NCBI GenBank assembly: GCA_023231475.1
Contig: JALJEE010000927.1
Span: 1-64,000 of the forward strand
Reading direction: 5' to 3'
Source of the DNA: Seison nebaliae
Taxonomy: Eukaryota
Length of the DNA: 64,000 bases
Shown: one piece after another, positions 62,389 through 64,000 of the stretch
How the letters are laid out: the number at the start of each line of letters is the position of its first letter
How positions within the stretch are numbered: position 1 is the first letter of the stretch
The notes under the pieces: generated by a model
Database searches by the model: none
What the model was told of the DNA's origin: nothing
What the model saw: only the letters and a program-made list of their open reading frames with translations
Program-made: the position numbers and the translations under genes

Positions 62389-63626
62389 CGAAATCAATTT
62401 CCAATGTATTATTTACTTTTCATTTTTTGTCGAAGAAGAGAAAGATGATTTCAATTGAAAATATGAAGAAGAATAATAGAGTCATATAATTCTCATACGA
62501 AAGTAAACAATTTCTTCCAATGAAGTCATGAGGGGAGTACAATACTTCGCTATTTATCGTCGTCATTGTCAGCCATCTTATTCTACTTATAATCATGCGA
62601 ATCAAATCGGTGCCATCTCTGATGATGATGATAATAATAATGAGAGTGACAATATCGTCGTTAATTATACTTATTATTTCTGATGGAATTAAAAGTAGAT
62701 TTTGAAGAGTCGAAATGAATACTTCACCGTAATCTGATACAAATAATTCGTTTCGCCTCGACCATCTTCATGGGATAGACGAAACAATACGAACAATCTA
62801 ACGAATACCAAATGACATGTTTTCAATTTGATGATTGTCGTCCAGTTATTCTTCAAATTCTTCTTTTTTTCTTCCTTTTTCCATTCCATACGTACGAGTC
62901 TGCTAATAGTCAATTTTTCCACGAGAGAATGATGAATAACTAAAATGATATTTACGAACGAGAAATTCTTTTATCTTTCCTCTTCTCGTCGCCAGAAGAA
63001 GAGAGTTGAGAGAGAGAATATAAATAAAAGGTTTTTCTCTTGTCAGTACCCGAATTCTGAAATTGTCAGTAGATTAATAAGAACAACAAAAATATTAAGA
63101 AGAAGAAGAAAGTGTAAGACGGAATTGAAGTCAATATCGAGTTTTCGCACCTATTCTCAGTGAATGGAACCAACGATAGAAAATTAATATTTATCAGGTT
63201 CTTCCAAAAAACGAATAGCGTTCGCCATTTATCTGACGACGTTGTCGATGACGATGACGATTCGTCTCACAATGAAGCGTGAGTTCTCCGTAACCAAATC
63301 CAGTGTTGCAATGAAGCATTTCATTCTTTGAATTAAGTTGACGATAGACGATAAATTTAGTGGATCACATTATGCTAAATATATTCTTTCATTATTCATT
63401 TATTTAATTTCTTTTCCGTTTTATTTTGTCGTTGTCAAAACTTATCAATTCTCTGATATTTATATTCTTTACGTTTCCTAATTCCAATAGACGTATAAAC
63501 AGTCAAATCTCGTCAAATATCAACAAGTGAATAGCTTCTACGATAAGAATAGATAAGAATTATGTGATTCATTTCGTGAATTCTATGAAACGTTTTGTAA
63601 CTCTCTCTTTATTGTTTAATTTCCTT

Positions 63627-63668
63627 CAACAACAACAACAACAACAACAAGAACAACAACGACGACGA
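63627..63668. repeat. (CAA)n/(CGA)n microsatellite
   Basis: caacaacaa... followed by cgacgacga. Confidence 0.85.
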
Positions 63669-64000
63669 TAAAAAGCAGAGATAAAATAAAGAATAGTTCA
63701 ACTCTCGAAAAAAAAAAGGAAAACAGAACCTGTTGACGAAATAGAAAGTAAACGAATAATCATTTACTATCTCTACTTGATTTTAAATAGTTGTTTCATA
63801 AAAGAAGTAAAATTATGTATCGTAATAACATTATCATCTTCAGCTAACGTTCATTTTATCATCAACAACATAATTCTTCTTTCTGCCATCAGCATGATCT
63901 GGTAGACATATCACGATGTGAACATAAACAATTTTCGACGACGATAGATAAGTCCCATCATGTCATATACGTGTGAAGCTCATTCTGCGATTTCGACAAG

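Noticed and set aside
1..64000. snRNA (U1/U2/U5/U6) or SL RNA gene that would explain the splicing anomalies
   Set aside because: I found no recognisable conserved motif by eye; a divergent copy could be missed without a covariance-model search.

Overview
An AT-rich, very compact animal genome segment. Metazoan origin is shown by nicotinic receptors, a Tlx homeobox gene and a SMOC/SPARC-like gene; I cannot name the taxon from sequence alone. Manual splicing gives 21 protein genes and one initiator tRNA-Met, all readable in the standard code. The genes are DNAJC2, a Pmp3-family gene, an orphan tail-anchored protein, a RING protein, a secreted acidic protein, MRPL18, a short ANKZF1/Vms1, TOE1, MED14, an SLC9C-type Na+/H+ exchanger, a type II TM-kringle protein, an NWD-type NACHT-WD40 protein, a multi-SPRY CaaX protein, COX20, two tandem nAChR alpha subunits, a minimal Tlx (missed by the ORF track), TSEN2, TMED10, a SMOC-like protein and a trypsin-fold protease. 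The strongest system-level signal is an unusual splicing code. By manual count about 70-75 of about 87 mostly 40-60 nt introns start GTT rather than GT(A/G)AGT, +5G is usually absent, and AAG acceptors are common, which suggests a modified spliceosome. There are also signs of operon-like organisation or trans-splicing (TSEN2-TMED10 35 nt apart, with an AG directly before the ATG). Intron boundaries are manual inferences from reading-frame and motif continuity, not transcript-validated.
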